Shown one piece after another: positions 27,490-38,268 of a stretch of 64,000 nucleotides of DNA. The stretch lies in the sequence record NZ_CP049260.1. One strand, 5' to 3'. Below the pieces are notes generated by a model. It searched no databases and was not told where the DNA came from. It saw nothing but the letters and a program-made list of their open reading frames with translations. The stretch's first letter is position 1. Every line of letters starts with the position of its first letter. The stretch is from a plasmid. The translations under genes and the position numbers were made by a program.

Positions 27490-28086
27490 GTGATTGTTTA
27501 TACTTATCCCAAGAGCCGCTCGCTCAGGGTGCTCTGGACGCTTGAAGAACTGGGCATGCCGTATGAGTCCATCAAAGCCGATATTCTTTGCGACGCCCCG
27601 GAAGTACCCTCGCCGCATCCGCGCGGTAAAGTCCCGTTTCTGACAGATGGCGACGTTTCCATTTGCGAGACGCTGGCCATCTGCACCTGGCTTTGCGAAA
27701 AACAGCCTGCCACCGCGCTTTTTCCCGCCGATCCCGTCCGACGCGCCGCGATAAACAGCTGGATCAGTTTCGCCTTAACGGATCTGGAATCGCCGGTATG
27801 GAATTTACTTAAACAGATGATTTTTGTGCCGGAAGCGCAGCGGTCCGCCGCACTGACACATTACTTCAAAACCGAAGCCGCAAAAGCCGTGGCGATGGTG
27901 GATTTGGCGGACAACGCACCGTGGATAGCGGGCGATGATTTTACGCTGGCCGATATTTTTATGTCGCATACGCTTTTCTGGGCAAAACTGGGCGGTATTA
28001 CGCTTAGCGAGACGCTCGAAAATTACGTGAATCGCGCCTTTTCCCGTCCCACGTTTACCCTGGCCCAGCAGCGAAATAACCAGTGA
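27490..28086 (+). CDS. Glutathione S-transferase family protein
   Basis: A GTG start with an AGGAG ribosome-binding site. GST N-terminal thioredoxin-like fold motifs are present, about 198 aa. Confidence 0.7.
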   Translation: MIVYTYPKSRSLRVLWTLEELGMPYESIKADILCDAPEVPSPHPRGKVPFLTDGDVSICETLAICTWLCEKQPATALFPADPVRRAAINSWISFALTDLESPVWNLLKQMIFVPEAQRSAALTHYFKTEAAKAVAMVDLADNAPWIAGDDFTLADIFMSHTLFWAKLGGITLSETLENYVNRAFSRPTFTLAQQRNNQ

Positions 28087-28125
28087 TGACGGCCAGCCGG
28101 TATATTATCGCCACCGCGTATGCCC

Positions 28126-28527
28126 TCACCGGCCGTAAAAGCCGTCCAGATAGGTTTGCGCCAAATCGTCACCCAGCATCCGTTTTTCGCGCGGGCTGGT
28201 GTTGTCATCGAGAAACTGGCCGCGATGATTGGCAAATTCACTGGTGGTCTGCATACCGCAGGCATCGTCACGGTAAGCCTTCGCCTGACGCTCTGCCCAG
28301 GCGATGTCGCGCCCCTGTGCTTTATCCGTTTTGCCCTGATTGTAGACGCTGGTAAATGCCGGCAGAAACGCGGCGATGCTGCCTGCTTTATCGACCCTCA
28401 AATTCGCGTCGTGTGATTCCATCCCCTGCAAAACATAGTGGCGCGCGTGCATTTCTGGCGACGTTCTGGCCGTACATCCTGCTAACAGCGTAGCCACAGC
28501 CACGACTACCATTCCATAACGCCTCAT
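28126..28527 (-). CDS. Putative lipoprotein (133 aa)
   Basis: A signal peptide with a LAGC lipobox and an AGGAAG ribosome-binding site. Function unknown. Confidence 0.55.
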   Translation of the reverse strand: MRRYGMVVVAVATLLAGCTARTSPEMHARHYVLQGMESHDANLRVDKAGSIAAFLPAFTSVYNQGKTDKAQGRDIAWAERQAKAYRDDACGMQTTSEFANHRGQFLDDNTSPREKRMLGDDLAQTYLDGFYGR

Positions 28528-28750
28528 ATTTTCTTCCTGAAGTTGTCTGTTTATCGTGTTGAGGCCCGGCGCATGTTGCTTTTGTGCGCTAACCCCATGT
28601 ATCAGGCGACAAATATTACCGTGCTGAATACAGGGTTAATACATACCGAATCAGGGGATTGCGCGAACTCAGAAGACATGCATTTGTCCGATGTCCGTAA
28701 AAAAGCCGCGCAGGGTGAGCCCTGCACGGCTTATCAGCAGCATTACGTCG

Positions 28751-30733
28751 TCAGCCCTTCTGCTGGCGGGTACTGAAGAATGCCAGCGCGGTTTCCAGCG
28801 CTTTCGCCTGCTCTTCAAGCGACATCGCCGCGGCCGAAACCTGCTGCACCAGCGAGGCGTTCTGCTGGGTCACGCTGTCCATCTGATTCACCGCCACGCT
28901 AATTTGATCCACGCCGCGGGTCTGTTCATCCAGCGCCCGCACGATTTCATTGATAGCCAGGTGAACGCTGGTCACGGCTTCGATTATCTGTTTCATCGTC
29001 GAGCCGGTTTCATTGACCAGCGTCACGCCCTGCCCGACGCGACCGGTCGATTCTGCGATGAGTTGCGAAATTTCCTTCGCCGCGTTGGCGCTGCGGCTCG
29101 CGAGCGTTCGTACCTCACCGGCCACGACGGCGAAACCGCGCCCCTGCTCACCGGCGCGTGCCGCTTCCACGGCCGCGTTCAGCGCCAGAATGTTAGTCTG
29201 GAAGGCGATGCTGTCGATGATGCTGGTGATGTCGCTGATTTTCTGCGAACTCTCATCCACCTGCGACATCACATGCACCACGCGATCGACCAGCGCTTCG
29301 CCCGCGCCTGCGATATCTTTCGCGTGCTCCGTCAGCACAATGGCGCGTGACGCGCTTTCGGCGTTGTTTTTCACCGTCGCGGAAATTTCTTCCATGCTGG
29401 CCGCCGTCTCGACAATCGCCGCCGCCTGCTCCTCGGTGCGGGAGGCGAGATCGGTATTGCCTGCAGCGATTTCACTGCTGCCGGCGCGCACGGAATGACT
29501 GGCATCGCTAATATCGCCGACAATTTCGCGCAGCCGCGACTGCATGGTGCTTAATGCATAAAAGATGCTTCGGGTATCGCCCTGCTGTACCGGAATCGCG
29601 TTATTCAGATTGCCATGCGCGACAGAAAGCGCAATTTCGGACGCCTCCAGCGGCTCACCGCCCACCGGGCGCGCCACTTTGCGGGTAAACACCAGCGCCA
29701 CCACCAGGCTCACAACCGCGATGCTCAGCACCATCAGAATGAGGGCATTGATAAGCCCCTGCCAGGCTTCGGCCATCACCACGCTGACCGGCGTCACCAC
29801 CGCCAGCTTCCATGGCGTGCCGCTGTTGCCCACGGCAATCGTGTTCCAGGTGATAAACGCCGGTTCGCCCAGCACCGGATCGTCATAGCGAATCACTTCG
29901 CGGCCCGTCACAGTGCCCTTATAAGGCTTGCCGATAGTCGCTTTATCCGGCGCGGAGATCACTTTATTGTCAGCCGAGAGGAGCAGCGCATAGCCCACGC
30001 CATCCCACGGTTTAATCGCCCCCACCATTTTTTGCAGCGTTTCGAGGGAGAAATCGGAGGTCACCGAGCCCTGGAATTTGCCGTCGCGCATTATCGGGGC
30101 GGCAATCGAGGTCAGCATCACATCCACGCCGTTGTACGGGTAAATGTACGGCTCGATGATGACATCTTTCTGGCGCTGACGCGGGAGGACGTAATAGTCA
30201 CCGCTACCGGGCGTTTCATAATCCACCAGGTTATGCAGCGCCGGGTTGCCTGCACTGTCGCGATCCACATAACGCGCATAGCGCCCTTTGGGATCCTGGC
30301 CCGCCTGCCCTGCAAACGTGGCGTCGTTGGCATCAAACGCGTTGGGTTCAAAGGTCAGTGACATCGATAAAAAATCATCATGAGCGCGCAGAAAGCTGAC
30401 TAATAGCTGCTCCAGGCCTTTACGATCGTTAAGCCCGGACTCGCGCAGCGACCATGCGCTGATACCCACATCGCGCGCGGCGGTTAACGCCGAATCCAGA
30501 CGACGGCTCACCTCTAAGGTTTGCGTTTGCGCAATTTGTTGCAGGTGTTTTTTCGCGACATATTCCTGCTGCGACATCGATTGCCAGAGCAGTAAACCCA
30601 TCGTGATACCAAAGCCTGCGGTTATCGTGACGAAAATCGATAACAGCATGAGGGTTTTGGTCTTAAGCCTTCTTTTCGAAGGATGCTGAGCGATCATTCT
30701 CTTCTCCCGGACGCCGCCAGAAAGGCGGGACAT
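28751..30733 (-). CDS. Methyl-accepting chemotaxis protein with a large periplasmic dCache-like sensor domain
   Basis: A 660-aa protein with two TM segments flanking a periplasmic domain of about 280 aa, followed by a HAMP region and the conserved MCP signalling domain. It is a paralogue of the MCP at 22816..24474. Confidence 0.85.
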   Translation of the reverse strand: MSRLSGGVREKRMIAQHPSKRRLKTKTLMLLSIFVTITAGFGITMGLLLWQSMSQQEYVAKKHLQQIAQTQTLEVSRRLDSALTAARDVGISAWSLRESGLNDRKGLEQLLVSFLRAHDDFLSMSLTFEPNAFDANDATFAGQAGQDPKGRYARYVDRDSAGNPALHNLVDYETPGSGDYYVLPRQRQKDVIIEPYIYPYNGVDVMLTSIAAPIMRDGKFQGSVTSDFSLETLQKMVGAIKPWDGVGYALLLSADNKVISAPDKATIGKPYKGTVTGREVIRYDDPVLGEPAFITWNTIAVGNSGTPWKLAVVTPVSVVMAEAWQGLINALILMVLSIAVVSLVVALVFTRKVARPVGGEPLEASEIALSVAHGNLNNAIPVQQGDTRSIFYALSTMQSRLREIVGDISDASHSVRAGSSEIAAGNTDLASRTEEQAAAIVETAASMEEISATVKNNAESASRAIVLTEHAKDIAGAGEALVDRVVHVMSQVDESSQKISDITSIIDSIAFQTNILALNAAVEAARAGEQGRGFAVVAGEVRTLASRSANAAKEISQLIAESTGRVGQGVTLVNETGSTMKQIIEAVTSVHLAINEIVRALDEQTRGVDQISVAVNQMDSVTQQNASLVQQVSAAAMSLEEQAKALETALAFFSTRQQKG

Positions 30734-30870
30734 ATTTACTCACTATCGGCAACTATCCAGGAAGCCTTATGCTTACAGGCCATTAAATTTTCTTAACGCA
30801 AACGGGTCGGAATAAGCGAAACGGGGAAACGTATTACGATCAACGAGAAAGGAAACAGACTGGATTCAGA

Positions 30871-30905
30871 AAAAAAGCGGGCCGCCTGACATCGCAGCGG
30901 CCCGT
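30871..30905 (-). terminator. Rho-independent terminator downstream of the AAA-like gene
   Basis: On the minus strand, a GGGCCGCTGCGATGTCAGGCGGCCC hairpin is followed by TTTTTTT. Confidence 0.5.
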
Positions 30906-31058
30906 AAACAGAATATTGGCTAAGGTGCCCCTTTTCCTGATGATGCTATCGTAGCGCCATAACCTTAAGGGAAACTTAAGGCATAAGTTAAATCTTAAAT
31001 ATTTACAAAGCGCGCGTTCCGCAGGCAATAAAATCGATGGACATCCGCGCCCGCACGA

Positions 31059-31829
31059 TCAGGACTCAACAAACTCCAGTTTCGCTTTTACGCGTTCAAG
31101 CGACTGAAGATAATCGATATTCTCAATAAGTTGATGTAATTCCCGGGTTTCGCCGCCCGACGCCGCCAGCGCATCTTCAATAAAAGGCGAATGGCCGAAA
31201 CGATGTAAGATCACATTTTTCTTTTGCATCCCGTTCAGTGAACAGAGTGTGATATAGCGGAAGCGTTTTTTATACGTGGCGTCATTTTTCAGTTTTTCCG
31301 TCGCTTCACAGGGCGCGGAAATAATGCAGCGGAACGGCGTCATCAGATACGGCTTAAGCAAGTTCAGTAAGCGCATTCCCGGCGACATCTCGTCGTTTTC
31401 CGCCGTGAACGCGTGCGTGCCATCCAGATACAGTATGACCTTATACCGCCCGGCGAGCGCCACGGCGAGTGCCAGCTTTTTCTCTATCTCTTCCTCACTG
31501 GCATTCCCGGCAAACAGCGACACCATATTTATTTCAGCCAGATGGCACCCTGGCTGGATCTGCAACAGGTAACGCGAGAGATTACGGACAAAACAGGATT
31601 TGCCAACCCCTTCATTTCCCGATACCACCAGGCTGTTGGTATTACGGCATGACAGAATCGCCAGCGCCGAAAGAATTTCCGTTTCGCGATACATCACGTC
31701 AGGAATATTTCCGACCGCAAGCATAGCCATCAAATCGGTGGCGTGAATGCCGTTCTCTTCCAGCCCGGAATAAAACGCCTTCCTGTCATGTTGTGGCTCA
31801 ATCGTGAACAAATTGTTAGGTGGTGTCAT
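31059..31829 (-). CDS. Stand-alone Clp-like AAA+ D1-type ATPase domain protein (256 aa) with a degenerate Walker B
   Basis: 'SLVVSGNEGVGKSCFVRNLSRYL' resembles the ClpA/ClpB D1 Walker A block. 'KVILYLDGTHAF' aligns with Walker B (ILFIDELH) but has DG in place of DE. It is flanked upstream by about 570 bp of AT-rich non-coding DNA. Confidence 0.45.
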   Translation of the reverse strand: MTPPNNLFTIEPQHDRKAFYSGLEENGIHATDLMAMLAVGNIPDVMYRETEILSALAILSCRNTNSLVVSGNEGVGKSCFVRNLSRYLLQIQPGCHLAEINMVSLFAGNASEEEIEKKLALAVALAGRYKVILYLDGTHAFTAENDEMSPGMRLLNLLKPYLMTPFRCIISAPCEATEKLKNDATYKKRFRYITLCSLNGMQKKNVILHRFGHSPFIEDALAASGGETRELHQLIENIDYLQSLERVKAKLEFVES

Positions 31830-32400
31830 TTTATTTTCCTTAAGCGTGTAATTACAAATGTAATAATCCCGGCCTCATTCATTACGGAATAAGGCCTTTG
31901 ATCGCGCTACGCTTTTATCTTTAAGAATAATGATGGCGCCAGTGAGCAGACACGATTTATCCGACGCCAGAGTCATTTCTGCCTGCGTTTTTACGTGTCT
32001 TTTCTGCGCATTACGATGTTAAAAGCGTCCCGTTGAATACCCCATGTAGGTTTTGCATCTCCCGTCAGGCTTGCAGGTCATCAATACCCCACGAGATTGC
32101 ATCAGGAAAACTTGATAATTAAGTATCACTAAAATTTGATTTAGCGTGAAGATAGGCAAAAATCTTAAAGCCGTCAACCGCCGAAATAATTATCGATAAA
32201 TAAGTTATTCCTTATCCCGTGAATCGGCGAATTAAGATTTTCCTCAGTATTAATTCCGGAAATAAAGCGGTAATTTGTCCGGTTATTTTTTGACGCGGTT
32301 AAACACTGACGGCAACGAAATGGCCGCAACCTGCCGGGCGTACACAGAAAAAAACCCTGCCGGAGCAGGGTTTGTTGCGCAATAAGATGCAAATCGCGTA

Positions 32401-33657
32401 TCAGAACGTGCTGTAAAGCAGCGCGGACACCGTGAGCAGGCCGCCGGTGGCGACCATGACAGCCGTCGGGCCGCGCAGTGAACGCAGCGCATCGCGGGTG
32501 TAAATGAGGTACGTCGGGATCAGGAAAAGAAAGATGGCGGTCAGCGGCCCGCAGACGGTTTCAATCAGCGTAATCACGTCCGGGTTAAGATCCACCACGC
32601 CGAATGTCGCGATAAACATCGCGAGGAACGCGAGCGTCTTCGCCTGTTTCTTCATGCCTGCGTGCCCGGCCACCAGCGCCGTAATGGTTTCCGCAACTGG
32701 CAGGCACACGCCAAGAAACGATTTGGTCATCCCGACGATGGCAATAAAAGGCGCGATCATAAACAGCAGATCCAGGCCGCCCTGGCTCTGCATCACCGAG
32801 AGCATATTGAGGTTTTCCGCTTTCGCCCGTGCGAAGGTGGCCGGAGGGTTCGCGAGAAGGCAGCTCAGCACAAAGAATACGATGCTGAAAATGATCAGCG
32901 CATAGGCCACACGCACAACCCGCACCGACTTCGCCTCGCCGCCATGACCGTTTTCGCGATAGTACGACGCCAGCGGCGCAATCAGCGGCGCAGAGCAGAG
33001 CGCGAAGGAGATAAGCGGCAGCGTCAGCCAGATATTTTTAAACGCCTCACCGGCGGGCTCGCCAGCCGGGATGAGCGGCATACTGAAATTCGCCAGGCTC
33101 CAGGCGGGGATCTGGATAACCGCTATCAGCAGCAGCGACACCGCAAACGGCAGCGCCAGCGCGCCCATCATGCTCACCACTTTGTCACGGCCTTTACTGA
33201 GCGCCAGGAATAAAGCCGCAACGACAATAAACGCCAGCAGCGCGCGGTTCACCGGGGCGAAATGCAGGCGATTAACCAGAAAATCTGAGAGCGCGTTGAC
33301 CAGCGAGATGGCATAGACCAGGGTGACCGGGAAATGGGCGACGCAGAAGAAAATACGAATTGCCGTTCTCCCCTTTGCGCCGAAAAAGGCGCCAAAAAGC
33401 GGTAACGTACCGTCATCGGGCCGGTTGTCGCGCATAAATACACGGCAGATAAGCACATGCGGCACCAGCGAGAGGGGAATGCCCAGCACCAGCAGTAAAA
33501 GAAAAACCAGCGGGCCGCGCGTGCCGATTTCGACAGGAAGGAACAGTGTCCCTGCGCCGACGGTGGCACCATAAACGCCCAGCATCCAGAGGGTATCTCT
33601 GAACGTCCAGCCGGTACGGGCAGGCAGGCTGCTGTCCGTAGTGGTTGATATTGTCAT
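32401..33657 (-). CDS. HAAAP-family amino-acid permease (TdcC/SdaC/TyrP-like)
   Basis: A 418-aa polytopic protein. Its N-terminal block 'WTFRDTLWMLGVYGATVGAGTLFLP' parallels the TdcC block 'W.[22 protein letters not shown]'. Confidence 0.7.
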   Translation of the reverse strand: MTISTTTDSSLPARTGWTFRDTLWMLGVYGATVGAGTLFLPVEIGTRGPLVFLLLLVLGIPLSLVPHVLICRVFMRDNRPDDGTLPLFGAFFGAKGRTAIRIFFCVAHFPVTLVYAISLVNALSDFLVNRLHFAPVNRALLAFIVVAALFLALSKGRDKVVSMMGALALPFAVSLLLIAVIQIPAWSLANFSMPLIPAGEPAGEAFKNIWLTLPLISFALCSAPLIAPLASYYRENGHGGEAKSVRVVRVAYALIIFSIVFFVLSCLLANPPATFARAKAENLNMLSVMQSQGGLDLLFMIAPFIAIVGMTKSFLGVCLPVAETITALVAGHAGMKKQAKTLAFLAMFIATFGVVDLNPDVITLIETVCGPLTAIFLFLIPTYLIYTRDALRSLRGPTAVMVATGGLLTVSALLYSTF

Positions 33658-33864
33658 TGTCTCTGTTTTCAGCTTGTAGATTAAGAATGTACCGATGCCG
33701 TTTTCACAGGCCGGTTAAGGAAAAACGCACAGGGCGCAAACAGGGGCTGAATGATATAGAAATCGGCCGCTGAATTCGAAGTTCACGGCGGATAAAACGT
33801 AAATAAACGCAACGACGCGCGTGGTAATAACAAAGGGGCGTCGGCCCCTTTGTCACCGGTTTAC

Positions 33865-36579
33865 TCAGAACCACTGTCCAAATTTGCGGATGTACAGCCG
33901 TTTCATGCCCTGCACGACCACGCAATAGGTGAAAAGAATCCCCACCAGCCACGGGAAATAGCTCAACGGCAAGGGCACCAGCCCAATCATATGGCCGAGC
34001 GGCGAGAACGGAATGGCGATGCCGACTGCCATCACGATCCCTGTGGTTATCAGCACCGGCAGCGCGGCGCGGCTCTGAATAAACGGGATTTTCCGGGTGC
34101 GCAGCATATGCACCACCAGCGTCTGCGACAGCAGCCCTTCCACAAACCACCCGGACTGAAAAAGCGACTGCGCCGCAGGTGAATTGGCGGCAAACACAAA
34201 CCACATCACCGCAAAGGTCGCCATATCGAACAGTGACGATGTCGGCCCCCTCCAGATCATAAAGCGCTTAATATTCTGCGCATCCCATTTACGCGGCTGA
34301 CGCAGAAACGCCTTATCCATGCGATCCCACGGCAGCGAGAGCTGCGAAATGTCATACATCAGGTTCTGCACCAGCAGATGAATGGCGAGCATCGGCAGGA
34401 ACGGCAGAAACGCGCTCGCCACCAGCACCGAAAAAACATTGCCGAAGTTAGAGCTGGCGGTCATGTTCAGGTATTTGATGATATTGCCGAAGGTCTCGCG
34501 CCCGGTCAGCACGCCCTGCTCCAGCACCATCAGATCTTTTTCCAGCAAAATGATATCCGACGACTCTTTGGCGATATCCGCCGCGCTGTCGACCGAAATC
34601 CCGACATCCGCATCGCGCAGCGCCGGCGCATCATTAATGCCGTCGCCAAGGAACCCAACCGTGTGGCCGTTATTTTGCAGCGTCCGCAGAATGCGGGATT
34701 TCTGCAATGGCGTCAGCTTCGCGAAAATCGCACAGCGTTCAACCGCCGCAGCAAGCTGCGTTTCGTCCATATCGTCAATGACATCGCCCGTCAGGATCTC
34801 GCGGCGGTTGATCCCTACCTGCTCGCAGATGCAGGCCGCCACCAGCGGGTTATCCCCGGTCAGCACCTTCACGGTAACGCCGTGCTCATGGAGCGCGGAA
34901 ATCGCCTGCGCAGCGCTCGCTTTTGGCGGATCGAGAAACGTCAGCATCCCTTCGATAATCAGCCCGTTTTCGTCCGCCACGCAGAGGGGATGATCAAGCC
35001 CGGTCTGTGGCAGTTCGCGTGTCGCCACCACCAGCACCCGAAAGCCCTGCGCGTTGTACTGGCGCGTTAAGCGCAGGTACGCGTCGCGGCGCGCGTCATC
35101 AAGCGCGTAAACCGTGTCGCCCTCGCGGATATACGTCGAGACAGAGAGCATCTCTTCAACGGCACCCTTGCAGATAAGCGTCTGCTGATGCTCGCCATAC
35201 CCTTCCACCACCACAGAAACGCGGCGGCGTACAAAATCAAACGGCAGCTCGTCAATTTTGAAATAGCCGGATTGTATCGATGGTGAAAGCGCGGCCTGCC
35301 CGGACGCCAGTACCGCCTTGTCCATCAGGTTTTGCGAGCCGCTCAGGTTGACGCTGTTCAGCCAGGCAAGTGTGAGCACATGCAGGCTGTCGCGGCCGTG
35401 GCAGTCGAGATGCTTTTCAAGAACAATCGAGTCCTGGGTGAGCGTGCCGGTTTTATCGGTACAGAGCACATCCATCGCGCCAAAATTCTGTATGGCGTTC
35501 AGGCGCTTCACAATCACCTTGCGACGGGCCATCACAATCGCGCCTTTCGCCAGATTAGAGCTGACAATCATCGGCAGCATTTCTGGCGTCAGCCCCACCG
35601 CGACGGCCAGCGCGAAAAACGTGGCGTCCAGCCAGTCGCCTTTGGTGAAGCCGTTGATGAGCAGCACCACCGGCACCATCACCAGCATAAAGCGGATCAG
35701 CAGCCAGCTGACGCTGTTCACGCCTTTATCAAACGCCGTCTGGGTGCGGTTACCGACGAGCGATTTCGCAAGCGATCCGAAATACGTTTTCGCGCCGGTC
35801 ACCACCACCACGCCGCAGGCGGTGCCGCTCGCGACATTGGTGCCCATCAGACAGATATTGCCCCGCTCCAGCAGGCTGGCGCTGTCGTCAGGGATATCAT
35901 CTGCGCTTACGCCTTTCCCCTGCACATGGCCGGTGACGTCATATTTTTCCACCGGCAGCGACTCGCCGCTCAGTATCGCCTGGCTGATAAACAGATCCCG
36001 TGAGGCAATGAGCCGTAAATCCGCCGGGATCAGGTCGCCCGCCGAGAGGTACACGATATCGCCCGGCACCAGTTCCTCGACGGGGATTTCGCGTTTCTCG
36101 CCGTCACGGTTGCTGACGGTACGACGCAGCACGGTTGCCGTCGTGCTTACCATCGATTTCAGCGCCTGCGCGGCTTTATTGGTGCGAAACTCCTGCCAGA
36201 AGCGCAATAAGCCGCTCAGCAACACCATCGTCACAATGATAATAACGCCGGTCAGATCGGTCTCCTGCCCTGCGCGCAGCGGATACCAGTAATCGGTAAA
36301 GAAACTGATCAGCGCCAGCGCCATCAGCACATAGATAAACGGGTTATTGAACGCCTGAACCAGTTGCACCAGCGCGGGCGGCGCGTTGTCATGCGCCACG
36401 GCATTCGGGCCGTAAGCGGCAAGGCGCGCCTGCGCCTCTTTTTCCAGCAGTCCTTTTTCGCTGCTTTCCAGCCGCGCTAATGTCTCCTGGTGGCGCTCTG
36501 CTGACGCCATTTCGATGCAAAACGTCGCCGCCTGTTTTTTTGCGGCATTATTCATTTTTCTGGAATTGTACTTTGCCAT
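33865..36579 (-). CDS. mgtB: Magnesium-importing P-type ATPase, MgtB-like
   Basis: A 904-aa protein with a DKTGTLT phosphorylation motif and a TGDN/GDGxNDxP region. It is collinear with Salmonella MgtB (ETLARL...GPNAVAHD..PPALVQLVQAFNNPFIYVLMALA...; C-terminal KRLYIRKFGQWF). Confidence 0.85.
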   Translation of the reverse strand: MAKYNSRKMNNAAKKQAATFCIEMASAERHQETLARLESSEKGLLEKEAQARLAAYGPNAVAHDNAPPALVQLVQAFNNPFIYVLMALALISFFTDYWYPLRAGQETDLTGVIIIVTMVLLSGLLRFWQEFRTNKAAQALKSMVSTTATVLRRTVSNRDGEKREIPVEELVPGDIVYLSAGDLIPADLRLIASRDLFISQAILSGESLPVEKYDVTGHVQGKGVSADDIPDDSASLLERGNICLMGTNVASGTACGVVVVTGAKTYFGSLAKSLVGNRTQTAFDKGVNSVSWLLIRFMLVMVPVVLLINGFTKGDWLDATFFALAVAVGLTPEMLPMIVSSNLAKGAIVMARRKVIVKRLNAIQNFGAMDVLCTDKTGTLTQDSIVLEKHLDCHGRDSLHVLTLAWLNSVNLSGSQNLMDKAVLASGQAALSPSIQSGYFKIDELPFDFVRRRVSVVVEGYGEHQQTLICKGAVEEMLSVSTYIREGDTVYALDDARRDAYLRLTRQYNAQGFRVLVVATRELPQTGLDHPLCVADENGLIIEGMLTFLDPPKASAAQAISALHEHGVTVKVLTGDNPLVAACICEQVGINRREILTGDVIDDMDETQLAAAVERCAIFAKLTPLQKSRILRTLQNNGHTVGFLGDGINDAPALRDADVGISVDSAADIAKESSDIILLEKDLMVLEQGVLTGRETFGNIIKYLNMTASSNFGNVFSVLVASAFLPFLPMLAIHLLVQNLMYDISQLSLPWDRMDKAFLRQPRKWDAQNIKRFMIWRGPTSSLFDMATFAVMWFVFAANSPAAQSLFQSGWFVEGLLSQTLVVHMLRTRKIPFIQSRAALPVLITTGIVMAVGIAIPFSPLGHMIGLVPLPLSYFPWLVGILFTYCVVVQGMKRLYIRKFGQWF

Positions 36580-37097
36580 ACCGGCACCTGTTATTCAGGG
36601 TGCAGCAAAACGCGCGGGCGTCTTACCGCAGGTTTTAAAACGCGCACGCCATTTCACCTTTAAAAAAGTAAAGGCGTGCTAAAGCATATTATTAAAAACA
36701 GAAAGAAATTAACGCAGAGGCGGAGGGAACAGGGCTGTGTGAATAAAAAACATAGGTAAGCACTCCTTAATAAAACAAGGATTAACGCCCGGGGTGCAAT
36801 AAGATGAAAACGTACATTGCTGCCCGCCATGAGAGGCAAACAGCGCAGGGATTGTCGCGAGTTTGCCCGTTAATAAATTCCGGTATCGCTGTTCAGAAGG
36901 GGAATCTCCATCAATAATTTTCCCGCAGTATAATGCGCGCCCCTGTAAAGTAAATGCCTAACGGCCTGAGGTTTACAGAGCGTTTAGATTTTTATTTCAA
37001 CACGCGGCGTACTCAGTTTGAATTCACAGCGGCCTATTATTTCCGGGTTGCGTAAAATCGCATAACGCTTTTTTATTAACGACTACCAGGTTATTTC
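36580..37097 (-). promoter_or_regulatory. Long 5' leader and promoter region of the mgtB-like gene (putative Mg2+/proline-sensing attenuator)
   Basis: About 520 nt of non-coding DNA lie between the roxA terminator and the mgtB start. They contain a TATACT -10-like element and the Pro-rich short ORF. Confidence 0.4.
36701..36745 (-). CDS. Candidate proline-codon-rich leader peptide (14 aa, MFFIHTALFPPPLR) in the mgtB 5' leader
   Basis: An AAGGAG ribosome-binding site lies 8 nt upstream of an ATG. Three consecutive Pro codons are present. It lies within a roughly 520-nt untranslated leader, analogous to the mgtL and mgtP leader ORFs. Confidence 0.35.
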
Positions 37098-37136
37098 ATA
37101 AAAAGAAAACGGCCTTCATGAGAAATGAAGGCCGTG
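37098..37136 (-). terminator. Rho-independent terminator of roxA
   Basis: A minus-strand ACGGCCTTCAT-ttctc-ATGAAGGCCGT hairpin is followed by TTTTCTTTTT. Confidence 0.55.
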
Positions 37137-37146
37137 CGCCAGCCGT

Positions 37147-38268
37147 TTATTCGTCAAAGAACCAGTAGCCCTGATTTATCAGCTCGGTCAGTTCTTCCAT
37201 AAATGCGGGGTGATGCAGCGCGTCACCAAGTTCATGCTGGCTGAGAGCGGTATAACGGCACAGCGCATCTGCCGCGCGCGGGTCGACGGTCTCATACGGC
37301 TCGCTGTTAATGAAAAAGCCGCCGCTGACGTTCAGCACCCGCAGGCCAGAGAGGCGCGTCAGCGTTTCGCCGCCCAGCAGCGCCTCGCGCACCTCTTCAG
37401 CGGTGTACGGCGGTTCGGCAGGCGCAATATCCAGTTCGTGGCGCGGCGTGGTGACGAACGATCCAAACCAGAGGGTGAAATCTTCCGGCTGGTTCATCAT
37501 CTCAATCATCATCTGGCGAATACGCTCAAGCTCATACGCCTCGACGCGGCCCGGATGGTCGCGGCAGGTCAGATCCGGGTCGCTGTAGTGCTCGCCGCCC
37601 AGATCGTTTTCCAGCGCGTAGTCCGCAAAGCTGCTGATTAAATCGCGCCCGTTCGGCCCCCGGAAACCGACGGAGTAATTCAGCGCCGTTTCATGGGTGA
37701 AGCCGTCATGCGGGAATCCGGGCGGAATATAGAGAATATCCCCCGGTTCAAGATCTTCATCGATAATTGGCTCGAACGGATCGACATGCAGCAGCGCCGG
37801 ATGCGGGCAGAACTGACGCATCGGCAGCTTGTCGCCCACGCGCCAGCGGCGGCGGCCCATGCCCTGAATAATAAACACGTCGTACTGGTCGATATGCGGG
37901 CCGACGCCGCCGCCCGGTACGGAATACGAAATCATTAAATCGTCCAGACGCCAGTCCGGCAGCACGCGAAACGGACGCACCAGCTCGGCGGAGGGCGCGT
38001 GCCAGTGGTTCACCGCCTGCGCCAGCAGCGACCAGCCGGTTTCACCCAGCCCGTCGAAATGTTCAAACGGGCCGTGACTGGCGTGCCACTTACCGTTTTT
38101 ATGGCTCACCAGGCGGCTGTCGACCTCCGGCTCCATCGCAAGCCCGGCCAGTTCGTCCGGCGTGATCGGGTCAATAAAATTCGCAAACGCCTGTTTCAGT
38201 ACGACAGGTTTTTTCTGCCAGTAGGTTTCTAAAAATTCCGGCCAGTTCAGATTGAGTTGGTAAGCCAT
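37147..38268 (-). CDS. roxA: Ribosomal protein uL16 arginine hydroxylase (JmjC/cupin 2-oxoglutarate oxygenase) RoxA/YcfD
   Basis: A 373-aa protein that is near-collinear with E. coli YcfD (MAYQLNLNWPEFLETYWQKKPVVLK...; HxD...H iron-binding motifs). Confidence 0.85.
   Translation of the reverse strand: MAYQLNLNWPEFLETYWQKKPVVLKQAFANFIDPITPDELAGLAMEPEVDSRLVSHKNGKWHASHGPFEHFDGLGETGWSLLAQAVNHWHAPSAELVRPFRVLPDWRLDDLMISYSVPGGGVGPHIDQYDVFIIQGMGRRRWRVGDKLPMRQFCPHPALLHVDPFEPIIDEDLEPGDILYIPPGFPHDGFTHETALNYSVGFRGPNGRDLISSFADYALENDLGGEHYSDPDLTCRDHPGRVEAYELERIRQMMIEMMNQPEDFTLWFGSFVTTPRHELDIAPAEPPYTAEEVREALLGGETLTRLSGLRVLNVSGGFFINSEPYETVDPRAADALCRYTALSQHELGDALHHPAFMEELTELINQGYWFFDE

Noticed and set aside
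36880-36925. An alternative leader ORF MEIPLLNSDTGIY in the mgtB leader, downstream of a TATACT -10-like element
   Set aside because: It has no convincing ribosome-binding site and no proline or other rare-codon run. The PPP-containing ORF at 36701..36745 has a proper AAGGAG site and is the better leader-peptide candidate.
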